Virus record (IMG/VR): IMGVR_UViG_3300031993_000016
Strand: one strand, 5' to 3'
Length of the DNA: 64,000 bases
DNA from: a virus
Lineage: Duplodnaviria; Caudoviricetes
Below, in pieces: positions 38,953 to 49,263 of the stretch. How positions within the stretch are numbered: the stretch's first letter is position 1; every line of letters starts with the position of its first letter. The translations under genes and the position numbers were made by a program. The notes under the pieces are model-generated. The model ran no database searches and had not been told where the DNA came from. It worked only from the letters and a program-made list of their open reading frames with translations.

Positions 38953-39279
38953 TCAATCTAACTTTACAACATCTTCAATTGACCATATTTCTGAATGCAT
39001 TTTAGATTTAGCTACTCGCTTAGCATCATTTTCATCTTTTGCATCTACATAGATGGAAGCTAAATTGCGTGTAGTGTTTAAATAATCAACCCGATACTTG
39101 TGTAAATGTTCAGCTGTAGTGGCTTGCATATCGTCAATATATTCGATAGCTTCTTTTGCATTACTGAAATCGGTACGGCCTGTACCATGTCGTCCAGTGT
39201 ATATGTAAAATACGCCATCTTTGTCATATATGGTTACACCTTTATATGTTTGATGTGCTGCTGAAATATATCGTTTCAT
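38953..39279 (-). CDS. MKRYI-tag protein (MKRYISAA)
   Basis: Tag; AGGTGA RBS. Confidence 0.75.
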   Translation of the reverse strand: MKRYISAAHQTYKGVTIYDKDGVFYIYTGRHGTGRTDFSNAKEAIEYIDDMQATTAEHLHKYRVDYLNTTRNLASIYVDAKDENDAKRVAKSKMHSEIWSIEDVVKLD

Positions 39280-39298
39280 GTGATTCACCTTTCATATG

Positions 39299-39517
39299 TT
39301 ACATTGGATAGCTTTTCTCGGGTTCAATCTCGCCTTTGACAAATAACTGGCAATCATAGTAATCATCACCTCGTCTATCCAAGATCTTACCCTTCTCGCC
39401 ACGATGCAAGCAAGTTTGACCGGTTATCGATGCATAGTTACAATAGGTATTACCATCATTACCTCGATGATATATACATTTTCTACATCTTGTTTTACTG
39501 AATTTGTATTTATGCAT
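39299..39517 (-). CDS. Small Cys-rich protein
   Basis: GGAGG RBS; CRKCIY..CNY..C..C. Confidence 0.6.
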   Translation of the reverse strand: MHKYKFSKTRCRKCIYHRGNDGNTYCNYASITGQTCLHRGEKGKILDRRGDDYYDCQLFVKGEIEPEKSYPM

Positions 39518-39539
39518 GGCCGCACCTCCATAAAATTTA

Positions 39540-39947
39540 TCAGAACAAAAAATCAAAATCTCCAAATGCTTTTGTAATTCTTTTAACGATTTTCTTATAA
39601 ACTATGTCATATGCTTCATTCATATTTGAAAATAATTCAAGTGGATATGTATCAAATCCTATGTTTTTCTCTTCTGGTGACATTTGATTGATATTAACTC
39701 GAATCTTATCTGCATAAGTTGTTATGTTGATGTCTAGTGACATTTCGTTTGTATCTGAATATAACTTATACATTTTAACGATTTCGCTAGGTATTGAATA
39801 GATTACAAGCGTATATACATCATACACATTAGGGCTTTTCTTAAAGCTATATGCCCCATCTAAGTGTCTATACAAGTATTTGCCAAGTTGATTTACAATT
39901 GTACCTGCAGGTATGTTGTTTGATTTTGATCCACATGTTATTCTCAT
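39540..39947 (-). CDS. Hypothetical protein
   Basis: 135 aa, ATGA-coupled to upstream gene. Confidence 0.65.
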   Translation of the reverse strand: MRITCGSKSNNIPAGTIVNQLGKYLYRHLDGAYSFKKSPNVYDVYTLVIYSIPSEIVKMYKLYSDTNEMSLDINITTYADKIRVNINQMSPEEKNIGFDTYPLELFSNMNEAYDIVYKKIVKRITKAFGDFDFLF

Positions 39948-41308
39948 AGTACATCCTCACACTTCACCCATTGTTTCACACCGTCAACAGTTTTACATAC
40001 ATATATTGGTTTAACCAAGTGCCATGCAAGTGGTTGTGACATATCAGGATTGTTTGGATCAGCTCCGTGTTGAGCTCTCCACACATAACCTTGACCTCCG
40101 GATGGGTCTGATGGTCTATATTGTTGCCAACCTGTTGATGTCATTATATGTATTGGGGATTTCAGATCCCATATTGCATAATATGCAGCATCTGCATCTG
40201 TTGTATAATTGAATGGTGGTATTGATATTGATGAGGGCGATACTGACTGTGTTGATAATCCAATGAAGTCATACCCAGATCGTTGAAAACTATTAGTAGT
40301 ATATGGTATCTGTAACGTTCTGCCAGATACTTTATATAAATATTGCGTAGCTGTTGTCCAATAAGGTGTACCACTTTGGTTGTATGCTTGTATCTTACCG
40401 CCATTTGGATCAGTGCTTATAGTGTATACAGGAATACCTTCACCAAGTAATGATGTGCTACATACAGAACCTGCCCAATCAACTACAGAACTATCTGCAT
40501 TAAGGATACAAACAATACTAGTATGCGAGCCGTCTGGATCATCTACTGGAGGTGTTGTATCATCTCGTCTATATATCTTATTGTTAGAATCAATAGTTAA
40601 CCAATGTCCTCCGGTAGGATTTACAACATATACATCATTATTGAATCCGGACACTAAATCAACAGATTCATTTCTTACACGACTGCTACCTGTATCAGAT
40701 CCAGTGTTTACATCATACAGCATATCTATATCATTGAATGGATATGCGAATGTTTCACTAGATGATGTGGTGTTTGATATACTGAATGTAATCCTTGCAG
40801 ATACACCTACAAGTCGACGATCCCCTGATTCATTATCTCCAGAAAATCTCTGTGTTAATGACTGTATCCAGAAACCTGTTTCGTATCCACTAGCTGTGCT
40901 ATCTGTAAGATTTATAACTGGTATGTATCTTGAATAGCTGCTGCGAGTACCTGCGGAAATGTTACTTATTTGTATAGTTAAATCATGTAAAGTACCTTGT
41001 GTAATATGCTGAGCAGCTTCATGGAATACTAAAGTTATTGTGTGATTTGACCAAGATTGATTGTAATAAGAATCTCCGCTTGGTACTGCTTGTATATCAA
41101 ATCCCCATACATGTTCATTGTACATGTGGATATTCTGTTGAGATTCTGTATCTGTTAATAATATTTCAATATTGGATTTCTCAACCCAACTACTTCCAGA
41201 AGTTGTAACAGATGCATTACTGTATGTTAGCTTACTTGGAATGATATAATATGTCGCAACACTTGCACCCGCTTGATATATATTATTATTTGGAACTAAT
41301 TGTGCCAT
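39944..41308 (-). CDS. Probable virion fibre/decoration protein
   Basis: S/T/N-rich beta composition; F.RSGYDFIG...YAIW InlB-B-repeat-like motif. Confidence 0.55.
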   Translation of the reverse strand: MAQLVPNNNIYQAGASVATYYIIPSKLTYSNASVTTSGSSWVEKSNIEILLTDTESQQNIHMYNEHVWGFDIQAVPSGDSYYNQSWSNHTITLVFHEAAQHITQGTLHDLTIQISNISAGTRSSYSRYIPVINLTDSTASGYETGFWIQSLTQRFSGDNESGDRRLVGVSARITFSISNTTSSSETFAYPFNDIDMLYDVNTGSDTGSSRVRNESVDLVSGFNNDVYVVNPTGGHWLTIDSNNKIYRRDDTTPPVDDPDGSHTSIVCILNADSSVVDWAGSVCSTSLLGEGIPVYTISTDPNGGKIQAYNQSGTPYWTTATQYLYKVSGRTLQIPYTTNSFQRSGYDFIGLSTQSVSPSSISIPPFNYTTDADAAYYAIWDLKSPIHIMTSTGWQQYRPSDPSGGQGYVWRAQHGADPNNPDMSQPLAWHLVKPIYVCKTVDGVKQWVKCEDVL

Positions 41309-41327
41309 GTGAGTAACCTCTTAAATT

Positions 41328-43472
41328 CTATGATGAAAATCCCCAACCAATACCAATTGAACCTTCAGGTACATCTGTTATATTAGGTGCTGTGTTTGAG
41401 ATATACAACCGCATTGGGGCAGCTATTGGAGTACCGCTATAGCCTTGATAAGATGTTGTTGCATCATGCCATTCATAAACGTGGTCATAATAATCACCTG
41501 GAGTTTTTACACGATATACAAATCCGGGAAGCGGTGTAGATGCATTAGCAGCGGTAGGTGTTGAGAATGTAGATAACCATGTCTTAGAATACAACGTTGC
41601 GCCGGATACAATCCATGCATCTACACAATTAGTATTTGGACCGAATTCAAGATATGGGCCATAACTGTAATTATAAGTTAAGGTTTCTTTTGCTGATTTC
41701 AATCTCAGACCTAATATGTCGATGGCTCTGTTGTTTCTAAGAGCATTTAGTAATGCTGCCCAAGATAAATCATTATCCGAATTACCATGTGTAAGACGAA
41801 TAGGTGCAGTACCGATGTTGTTTTGATTAGACGGATTAGAAGAAATCTTCATACCTAATACATTTTGATTAAATTCACTTTCGCTTAAATCACGAAGCTG
41901 TGTATCTAATAGTAATGTAAGTGCTGATTGCTTGCCGACTTTTGTCTTAAATACTGTTGGTCTACCTGCACCTTCAAGTGTATCTTGATAGTTATTTGTT
42001 GCACTGATTCCAGGAGCTATGAATACTTGGTCAGAATAACTAGTTCCCGAATCAACTGCAGTATACATATCTGAATAAGTGTTTGAATAGTTGTATACGT
42101 AGAACTGCTCTACGTCAGCTACGTAGAATGAAGTGTACTGTGTCTTATCTGTGTATGCTTGTCCGACACCAGTTTGCACAATCATCTGAAGTCTGCCATC
42201 AGCTCCTCTACTTATTGCATGTGTACCAGGAAATGTAGCCTCATATTGGTATAATCCGTCACGTCCTTGATCACTCATCATTTTAATGGTACCCGGAGCC
42301 ACCACATCTAAAGGATTAAGGAAATGTGCACCAGTTGCATTGATGAATGTACCGTATAATGCTGGTGGGTATATTCCGTTTCTTTGATAAACTGTTAAAA
42401 CAGATTCGCCATCATCTGGAACAGTACCTAATGTAGAAAAATTAGTTACATCATATTGATATCTAGGATTATGCGGATTATCAGAAAATCTTTCCATTCT
42501 ATCTTGATAATATGAATCAGGATTGTAGAACGTTTCAGGTTTACTTGCTTGCATATCTATTACAGATATATCTTTGATACCTTTGTAGGTTGGATCTGCT
42601 ATCTGACCAGTCTCAGGGTCTATAGTAGATGCTGTAGGTGTTACAAGGCCACGTTCATATCCGCTAGTAGCAAAATATCCAATATAAGAATTAGGTACAC
42701 TGAATACAATTTTAGCTGCCCAAGGGAACACTGCAGGACCTAAGAAATCTCCATCAGATGGTGAATTAGTATCGAGTGTAGTATCTGTACCAGAAATACC
42801 TGCAAGTACAGATCTTATGCTAAATCCCGTGAGTAGTACTAATGGATTGCTGGTTATTTTACCTCGTACATGTAGACGAATGGTTGGGTATGAATTTGCA
42901 CCCAAATTAGCTTGGAAATCACTTTGAGGTGGTTGAAATTCTTGATCAGCTTCGCTCCATACACCTGGTTGTAATACAACGCCATCTACAATTTTCAAAT
43001 AATCTACTAACTGCTGCTTCTTAGTAGTATTCCAATCTTGTAATGTTTTTATAGGAACTTTGTTAGTATCTAAATTATCCGCAGATGTCATTTCACCATC
43101 CGGTGCATTTCCTGTACCTGCATAATTAGCAATCAAGCTTCCATAATCTGTAATGCGCGTTGCCCAGTTATTAACAAATACACTACTATCTACATCACCG
43201 TCAAAGAACTGAGCTACAATAGTATTTGCTGCAGCTAATCTAGATGTTGCAGGTAACTGTATCTGTAACATGGTATGACCATCATCGGCAAGTGATGGAT
43301 CAGTATTAGGTACTTTCAATAACATTGAACTACCATTAGTTAAACTTGAAGCTAACCATTCACGTTCTGTTGCAGGCGGCGTGTCTGGATCTTCGCTAAG
43401 ATGCTGTTTTACATATACCTCGTACGCAGAGAGCCCGCACACTCTACCTTCTGACCAAATTTCTTTAGGCAT
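41328..43472 (-). CDS. Probable virion structural protein
   Basis: G.SAYEV......TEREWLASS motif and C-terminal LYISNTAP...EGSIGIGW typical of phage fibre/head proteins. Confidence 0.6.
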   Translation of the reverse strand: MPKEIWSEGRVCGLSAYEVYVKQHLSEDPDTPPATEREWLASSLTNGSSMLLKVPNTDPSLADDGHTMLQIQLPATSRLAAANTIVAQFFDGDVDSSVFVNNWATRITDYGSLIANYAGTGNAPDGEMTSADNLDTNKVPIKTLQDWNTTKKQQLVDYLKIVDGVVLQPGVWSEADQEFQPPQSDFQANLGANSYPTIRLHVRGKITSNPLVLLTGFSIRSVLAGISGTDTTLDTNSPSDGDFLGPAVFPWAAKIVFSVPNSYIGYFATSGYERGLVTPTASTIDPETGQIADPTYKGIKDISVIDMQASKPETFYNPDSYYQDRMERFSDNPHNPRYQYDVTNFSTLGTVPDDGESVLTVYQRNGIYPPALYGTFINATGAHFLNPLDVVAPGTIKMMSDQGRDGLYQYEATFPGTHAISRGADGRLQMIVQTGVGQAYTDKTQYTSFYVADVEQFYVYNYSNTYSDMYTAVDSGTSYSDQVFIAPGISATNNYQDTLEGAGRPTVFKTKVGKQSALTLLLDTQLRDLSESEFNQNVLGMKISSNPSNQNNIGTAPIRLTHGNSDNDLSWAALLNALRNNRAIDILGLRLKSAKETLTYNYSYGPYLEFGPNTNCVDAWIVSGATLYSKTWLSTFSTPTAANASTPLPGFVYRVKTPGDYYDHVYEWHDATTSYQGYSGTPIAAPMRLYISNTAPNITDVPEGSIGIGWGFSS

Positions 43473-43483
43473 GGTATGTCCTC

Positions 43484-44290
43484 CTATTCATCTATCTTAA
43501 ATGTTAAGTCTTTAGCTTTTCGATTCTCTTTTATTGCAAGATTAATAGTTTCTACGTCCATATTATTATCTCTAGCAGCTGCGGATCGACTAGAATAATG
43601 AATATCTCGTTCAACACAATATATCTTAACTGCTCGTCCTTGAGATTTTATTCTCTGTCGTATTGCAGCATGAATTTTATTGCATCTGTCTACATCTACT
43701 ATATCATCTTTATGAAGTTGATAATAATCTTCGGATATGATATGAAACATCCAACCTCGCCCATTATGGGACCTCTTATGTTTATGAATATTATCATGTA
43801 TGCATTCAGATTTTATATATTTCTCTGCAGATTTAATAGATTCAAATATCTCACCTGTGTCATCACATTGAACACGAATTGCAACTACATCTGTTGCTTT
43901 GCATCCGTTTATTCTAGATTGTTCAGGATTAAATAAACCCGTAGCAATTGCATGTTGAGTATTATCTACATAAGTTATCCATTCTAAATTATCTATTGAA
44001 TTGTTTTGTTTATTTCCATCTATATGATTTACACAAGGTAGATTATTTGGATTAGGTAGGAACGTCATTGCTATTAATCTATGAACAGGATATGTTGTTT
44101 CTACACCAGATTTATTCAGTGTTATGTTGTAGTATCCTTGATTTTCAAATGGTGCACGAACAACACCTTTTCGAACATATACATATTTACCATGTTTAAC
44201 TTCCCTATCTAAGCTTCTTATCCTACCTTGATCAGAAGCTTGATAGTAGCTTTCATATCCTGGTATATCTGACCAAATTTCTTCAGGCAT
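43484..44290 (-). CDS. NUMOD4-HNH homing endonuclease with NUMOD1-like repeats
   Basis: EEIWSDIPGYE..YQAS..GRIRS; VHRLIA..F..CVNHIDGNKQNN.IDNLEW; start at MPEEIW after GAGG. Confidence 0.9.
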   Translation of the reverse strand: MPEEIWSDIPGYESYYQASDQGRIRSLDREVKHGKYVYVRKGVVRAPFENQGYYNITLNKSGVETTYPVHRLIAMTFLPNPNNLPCVNHIDGNKQNNSIDNLEWITYVDNTQHAIATGLFNPEQSRINGCKATDVVAIRVQCDDTGEIFESIKSAEKYIKSECIHDNIHKHKRSHNGRGWMFHIISEDYYQLHKDDIVDVDRCNKIHAAIRQRIKSQGRAVKIYCVERDIHYSSRSAAARDNNMDVETINLAIKENRKAKDLTFKIDE

Positions 44291-44328
44291 GTAACATGTA
44301 CCTCTTAATGACATATGATAAAAAAGAA

Positions 44329-44366
44329 TCACCCTATATAAGTTATTTGTACTTATATAAGGTGAT
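44329..44366 (-). terminator. Intrinsic terminator overlapping a class-2 promoter motif
   Basis: ATCACC.TATATAAGT/ACTTATAT.AGGTGAT stem followed by TCTTTTTT on minus strand. Confidence 0.65.
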
Positions 44367-44417
44367 CCAGTTGATAAGAAGAGAGAAGTGACAGACATAT
44401 CACTGATATTCATATTA

Positions 44418-45575
44418 TTAAGAAACTACTGTCCAAGTTGCAATAGCTGCAGCCGCCGATCCATATGCATCATACGTGTTAGGTGCAATAGAACCAGAAA
44501 TTGCAGACACTTGTCCATTTGTTGTTGTTACAGATAGTGCTAATCCATCCGCACCCGCTGCTTGTGTTTCTGCATGTGCTGCGATATTTAATTTAGATGA
44601 TGTAACACCACCATCTACTAATACTGCAGATATTACATTATTTTGGTCAATAGTTAATTGAACTTGCGTAGCATTCTGTTCTGTGGTATATACATCTACA
44701 AGTGATTTAGCTGCAATGTACAATATATCATCTGTAGCATTTGCAATAACAAGTTTAATGTACTTACCAGCATCTGCAGAAGTTGCTGTGCCGCCAGCGC
44801 CTTTAATAAGTTCAGTTACATCGGTACCTGTAGTATTAAGTACATAGGTTGTATTAGATGTATCCCAATCATACATCTTATTCTGATATTCACCAGCAGT
44901 TGCTACTTTATACACTGTACCTTCTACAGGAGTTAATGGTTCACCACCATCTGTTAAAGACAACCATCCCGCAGATAATGCAGTAGCGCCATCAACAATG
45001 TAAGCTGTGGTGAATATAGATGCATCCCAAAGTTTATTGTTACTGTATGTAATGTCTACAACTGTACCCGATTCAACTACCATATCCTTTGGTATGTTGA
45101 TTTTAGCACCTACAGCTGTTGAACCTTGATAAAGCTGATATGTTGCAGAATATCCAGCATCTGGTGTACCCTCTCGTACAATAGTATATCCAGGTATTTC
45201 AATTGCATCACCTTCCGCAACACCATCTTTTAAAAGTTCATAAGTTGCAATACTACCAGCAGTTGGTGTTGATTTTTCTGTCATTGTGTAAGCTGCAGCG
45301 GCAGGCAAACTTGACATAGTAAGTGTAAGTGTATTAGTAGAAGAATCAAATTGTGCATTAGATACTACATTACCTGAACCTGTAATAACTACAGAAATCT
45401 GTGCATCTACTAATGCTTGTATTTCAGATGCATAATCTTTAGAAATAAGATCAGCACCTACATATATTTGCTTTTCATCTACCGCAAAATAGATAGTATT
45501 TGCATCTCTGACGGATGGTACTGTTTTGCCTGTAGGTACATAGCTAAATAGTACTCTGGAATCTGCAGAAGCCAT
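44418..45575 (-). CDS. Probable virion structural protein
   Basis: G.KINIPKDMVVESG..GKYIKLVIAN..LVDVYT; internal segment similar to 41328..43472 (A.IV.GAT..S..WLS...VY.V.T.G.Y). Confidence 0.6.
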   Translation of the reverse strand: MASADSRVLFSYVPTGKTVPSVRDANTIYFAVDEKQIYVGADLISKDYASEIQALVDAQISVVITGSGNVVSNAQFDSSTNTLTLTMSSLPAAAAYTMTEKSTPTAGSIATYELLKDGVAEGDAIEIPGYTIVREGTPDAGYSATYQLYQGSTAVGAKINIPKDMVVESGTVVDITYSNNKLWDASIFTTAYIVDGATALSAGWLSLTDGGEPLTPVEGTVYKVATAGEYQNKMYDWDTSNTTYVLNTTGTDVTELIKGAGGTATSADAGKYIKLVIANATDDILYIAAKSLVDVYTTEQNATQVQLTIDQNNVISAVLVDGGVTSSKLNIAAHAETQAAGADGLALSVTTTNGQVSAISGSIAPNTYDAYGSAAAAIATWTVVS

Positions 45576-45603
45576 ATATTAAACCTCCTATGATGTATTT
45601 CTT

Positions 45604-46494
45604 CTATGTAGTAACAACATGCCATGTAGGTATGTCGTTTATTCTTGCAATATCCGGATCATTATCGATTACAAGCTGTGCGGTATCTGCAACTGCTTCA
45701 GTAATATCAGCAATTTCAGCTGTAGAAACATGACCGAATTCATCTACCGATACACTGCTGATTAATTCTAGCAAAGTTGCACCGGTGTATGTTTGACTAG
45801 AACCTGTACCAGTATTGTCGTGAGATAACGTTATGCTATTATCAAGTGTTCCGCCTCCAGCTAATCCTGAGCCTGCAGCAACCTCTACATGACTTAGATA
45901 AGCTTGTAGCAGCTCATCTAAAATATCTGCCGTAATTAAATCAAAATTTCTCCAGCAGTTTCCTTCTTCAAACCATTCATAATATTTTGGCTTGCCTAAT
46001 ACATCATTTACTCGAACAATCTTACCATCAGGTACGTTCTTAATTGCATCGCGTTCCTCTACAGTCGCTACAGATATAAAGGCTTGTTCTAATTGTGTTT
46101 TAAGTGCTTGTGAGAAGAATGCTGGTAATCTTTCAGGTGGTATAGGTTCAGGTGTCGGTGGTTCAGGGGGAACCGGTGGTGGTGGCGGTGGCTCTGGAGG
46201 ACACGGTGGTAACGGATTCACTGGAGGATATTGTGGCTCATCTAAATAAGGATAAGGTGGTAATGCATCGTTGTATTTTGTTGATACAATTACTACGCCT
46301 TCTAGTTCCTCTTCAGTGATTGGTAAAACTGTTTCATCAGTTTCGGATGTAATATACCACCCATCTACCATATCACCTTGATACTCATACCAACCATTGT
46401 TTAGAATCCATTTAATTGTTGGATATTTCTGAAGGATTATCACGTTACCTTCAACTAAGCGTATATCGGAATCAGGTACACGTAGGTACTTCAA
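45604..46494 (-). CDS. Proline-rich virion-associated protein
   Basis: TTG start; poly-Pro linker; V.AGSGL.GGG.L...TLSH fibre motif. Confidence 0.6.
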   Translation of the reverse strand: MKYLRVPDSDIRLVEGNVIILQKYPTIKWILNNGWYEYQGDMVDGWYITSETDETVLPITEEELEGVVIVSTKYNDALPPYPYLDEPQYPPVNPLPPCPPEPPPPPPVPPEPPTPEPIPPERLPAFFSQALKTQLEQAFISVATVEERDAIKNVPDGKIVRVNDVLGKPKYYEWFEEGNCWRNFDLITADILDELLQAYLSHVEVAAGSGLAGGGTLDNSITLSHDNTGTGSSQTYTGATLLELISSVSVDEFGHVSTAEIADITEAVADTAQLVIDNDPDIARINDIPTWHVVTT

Positions 46495-46519
46495 AGCTTA
46501 TGCACCCCCTCTTCAGAAA

Positions 46520-46774
46520 TTAAATTTCTGCAAAATATATGTCATCGAGATCAGTTTTCTGCAGAGGTTTAATATCACAAGGATTTGCCATGTTAATTAA
46601 ATACCAACCACATACAGGACGATTTCCTCCCCAAGAATACCAACCATGTGACACAATCCAAATAGTTGAATCAAATCTACCAAGTTTGACTCTAGATCCG
46701 TCAAACAGTGTCATGTTGAATTCAGGGATCTCTATAAATAGACGATCAGGCTGTTGTGGATGCTGTTCTGCCAT
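46520..46774 (-). CDS. Small paralog of the N-terminal domain of 45604..46494
   Basis: HGWYSWGG..CGWYL vs NGWYEYQG..DGWYI. Confidence 0.6.
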   Translation of the reverse strand: MAEQHPQQPDRLFIEIPEFNMTLFDGSRVKLGRFDSTIWIVSHGWYSWGGNRPVCGWYLINMANPCDIKPLQKTDLDDIYFAEI

Positions 46775-46859
46775 AGAAAAAGACCTCACTTTCTAATCTG
46801 AATCTTCACAAATATTAAAGGTTCTTCAGATCAAAAGTAAGGTCTAGCTGCATGCAATT

Positions 46860-47366
46860 TCATATTAATGATTTAGGTCGAGTCGATCTTAGACGTGTAC
46901 GGCAAGTTGGGCATTCTACCCAATCTAGCTCGATAGCTTGTCCACAAACTTTGCAAGTATAATAATCAGCACCAACTGGATCATCTTGCCAACGTCCTGT
47001 AGTTAACATGTTATATACGTAATCTTCGTTTTCTGTTCCATGTTTCTGTGCGATCCTCAATACAATCTGTGTAGTAATTTCATCTAGTTTCTGAGCATTA
47101 GGACATCTTAATCTACACTCTTTGTACCCATCAGATTTCTTAGTTAATGCCCTTCCTAGACGGTGTTGGCGAATTACATCCTCGATGATTTTATCATTCT
47201 TAGCACCGATGATATGACGGATTGGGCTGTACCCTAATCCGCAAGTTATATATAATGTAAGAATATCTACACCCGTATCATGATCTAACTTCTTTTGATC
47301 ACCTTCATAATACACAGGTCGGAATTTAACTACGTCTAGTTCAGTGAATCTAGTTCGTCTTGCCAT
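46860..47366 (-). CDS. Hypothetical protein with C-terminal zinc ribbon
   Basis: CKVC...CPTC. Confidence 0.6.
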   Translation of the reverse strand: MARRTRFTELDVVKFRPVYYEGDQKKLDHDTGVDILTLYITCGLGYSPIRHIIGAKNDKIIEDVIRQHRLGRALTKKSDGYKECRLRCPNAQKLDEITTQIVLRIAQKHGTENEDYVYNMLTTGRWQDDPVGADYYTCKVCGQAIELDWVECPTCRTRLRSTRPKSLI

Positions 47367-47378
47367 ATCACCCACCCC

Positions 47379-47579
47379 CTACAATATGTCATGAATGTAA
47401 TCCATCTCAAGCCCTAACTCACAATACATAATATCTTCTATTTCGTCATAATCTCCGCCACATTCAAGCACATCATTGATTTCTGCTCGAACGCTATCTA
47501 AAAGACTTTCAGCTTCACTTCGGGTCATATTATCTCGTGACATTAGTATTTCAACTACTTTGTTGATCTTATTTGACAT
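47379..47579 (-). CDS. Small acidic protein
   Basis: GGAGG RBS; ILM.RD.M...EA...LGLE.DY. Confidence 0.6.
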   Translation of the reverse strand: MSNKINKVVEILMSRDNMTRSEAESLLDSVRAEINDVLECGGDYDEIEDIMYCELGLEMDYIHDIL

Positions 47580-47709
47580 AACATCTGCCTCCTTAGAGCA
47601 TTGATCGTATTTGTTACATCTACATTAACGAAATTACTTTATAAAATTTGAGTCAGAAAACCAATTACCTTCAGGTGATTGGATGAATGGTTATTCTTTT
47701 TGCTATCGC

Positions 47710-48975
47710 CTAAGCGATAGCAGTTGACACTAGAACTGTATCTCTTGCAGACAGTCTTGTTAAGTTATTTAATTTCGGCGTTTTGAAACCTTTCGGCATT
47801 GATGAAAAATCTATTTTGTTACCGCGTGCATTCATAAGAATTGCATATCCAGAAGACATCCTTCCTTGTATGAAATACTCTTTGCCAAAATATTTGACCT
47901 TATCAAATTTTCTGAAGCCACGTATCTTCCCTGTCGGAATTTTCTGCTGGCTTCTAATTCCTTTAGTTTGTTGATAATCTCCTTTAGATACACTCTTTTT
48001 AATATAGACATAGTTTGTTGCAAATAGAGGCTGTTTACCCTCAGATGCAATGACACATGCATCTAAATGGTGGTCTTTAACAATACCTTTCAACGCAAGT
48101 CTGTTAGCTTTTGTCACATAACCAAATGTTTCTGTTGCTCTTGAATATCTTTTTAACAATTGACAGCGAACACTATTCATCTGTGTAGCATACTTAAGTT
48201 GTCCTTTAGCTTTACCACCAAAATTAACTTTGATGCGACCTGCATGTAATGCAGAATGACAAGTATGACAAAGAGTAATCAGATTATCTGCTTCATCACT
48301 GCCACCTTGACTGCGATAGACGATGTGATGAACTTCTAATTTAGAATCTTTGTGTTTACCTTTACATATCTGGCACTTGTAGCTATCTCGATTAAGAACC
48401 CTTGCTTTAGTGTCTTCAAAGCCATAATTAGCGCCTTGCTGGTATCCCCAATGTTTTACTTTTTCATCGGCAAGAGCAGGATTCTTCATCAGATGGCAAT
48501 CAAATGTTGCTGTTTCTAAAACAAGCATCGATATAAGTAATATTGACTTGATATACTCAATCTCTTTGATATGACTGTTCAGTTTACTAATCATTGTAGG
48601 ACTAAATCGGTCTTTCTTGATGCTGTTTCTGCGATTGAGCCATCTCGCTTTGCGGTAGCGTGTTTTTCTGTTTCTGCGATTTCTACGATAGCTTGCTCGC
48701 TGTGTCATTTTGTCTGTGATATCATTTCTGACAATAACTTTTGACATATAAACAATCTTTCCGTCATTAGTAGAAACTGCTGCACCTAATGTTCCAGAAC
48801 CTGTATCAACCCCTAAAGTTAAACTTTGCGTATATTCTGTAGTATCGTAAGTTAACTTGATTGTAAATGGCTCTCGCTTCTTAACTTTTGCTTTGCCTTG
48901 TTTAAGCAATAATCTTGCTATTACATTCGTGCAAGGCATAAGCGGTTTGTTGTCTTTTGACAGAACATAAACCAT
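47710..48975 (-). CDS. iscB: RNA-guided endonuclease IscB (RRXRR + HNH)
   Basis: PLMP domain, RuvC-I GVDTG, Arg-rich bridge helix, RuvC-II E, HNH CQIC..HHI..NLITLCHTCH, RuvC-III HHLDA. Confidence 0.95.
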   Translation of the reverse strand: MVYVLSKDNKPLMPCTNVIARLLLKQGKAKVKKREPFTIKLTYDTTEYTQSLTLGVDTGSGTLGAAVSTNDGKIVYMSKVIVRNDITDKMTQRASYRRNRRNRKTRYRKARWLNRRNSIKKDRFSPTMISKLNSHIKEIEYIKSILLISMLVLETATFDCHLMKNPALADEKVKHWGYQQGANYGFEDTKARVLNRDSYKCQICKGKHKDSKLEVHHIVYRSQGGSDEADNLITLCHTCHSALHAGRIKVNFGGKAKGQLKYATQMNSVRCQLLKRYSRATETFGYVTKANRLALKGIVKDHHLDACVIASEGKQPLFATNYVYIKKSVSKGDYQQTKGIRSQQKIPTGKIRGFRKFDKVKYFGKEYFIQGRMSSGYAILMNARGNKIDFSSMPKGFKTPKLNNLTRLSARDTVLVSTAIA

Positions 48976-48981
48976 ATACAA

Positions 48982-49263
48982 GTCCTCCTTGTAAATACTC
49001 TGCTTTATGGCAGGTGATGCGTATTCTTATACTGTACCATATAAGAAATCCGACCTCCTCTCGACAATGATAATTAGGCTTTTTACACATATAACACAAG
49101 GCTGTTTTTACTCTCACCTAACTTAATGATATATGACAGAGCAACGGTCTGAGGCGACAACCGTAGGTGTCATGACCTAACTATCGTAGTTAAGATTTCT
49201 CTTAACTTAGTCTGTTGACGCATTTAAGAGAATCCCATTGGCTTTAGCCGATGGGTACGTCAA
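48982..49263 (-). ncRNA. IscB omega-RNA (HEARO-type) scaffold; 5' guide from about 49264-49283
   Basis: TTGACG...CGTCAA-CAGACTAAG...CTACG...CACCTACGG..GCCTCAG..GCTCTG...CATTGTCGAGAGG directly upstream of iscB. Confidence 0.85.

Larger units (their letters stand above)
47643..49263 (-). mobile_element. Non-autonomous IS200/IS605-family IscB element
   Basis: On + strand: target TTTAT (47638-42), subterminal hairpin CCAATTACCTTCAGGTGATTGG, iscB, omega-RNA, hairpin CCCATTGGCTTTAGCCGATGGG, terminal TCAA; no tnpA. Confidence 0.8.

Noticed and set aside
23221-39279. MKRYI tag as Sec or lipoprotein signal peptide
   Set aside because: No hydrophobic h-region or lipobox follows the basic start.
46140-46225. 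GGT-rich tandem repeat
   Set aside because: Simply encodes the poly-proline linker of 45604..46494.
48902-49117. 71-aa ORF upstream of iscB
   Set aside because: Lies within the omega-RNA scaffold and has no RBS.
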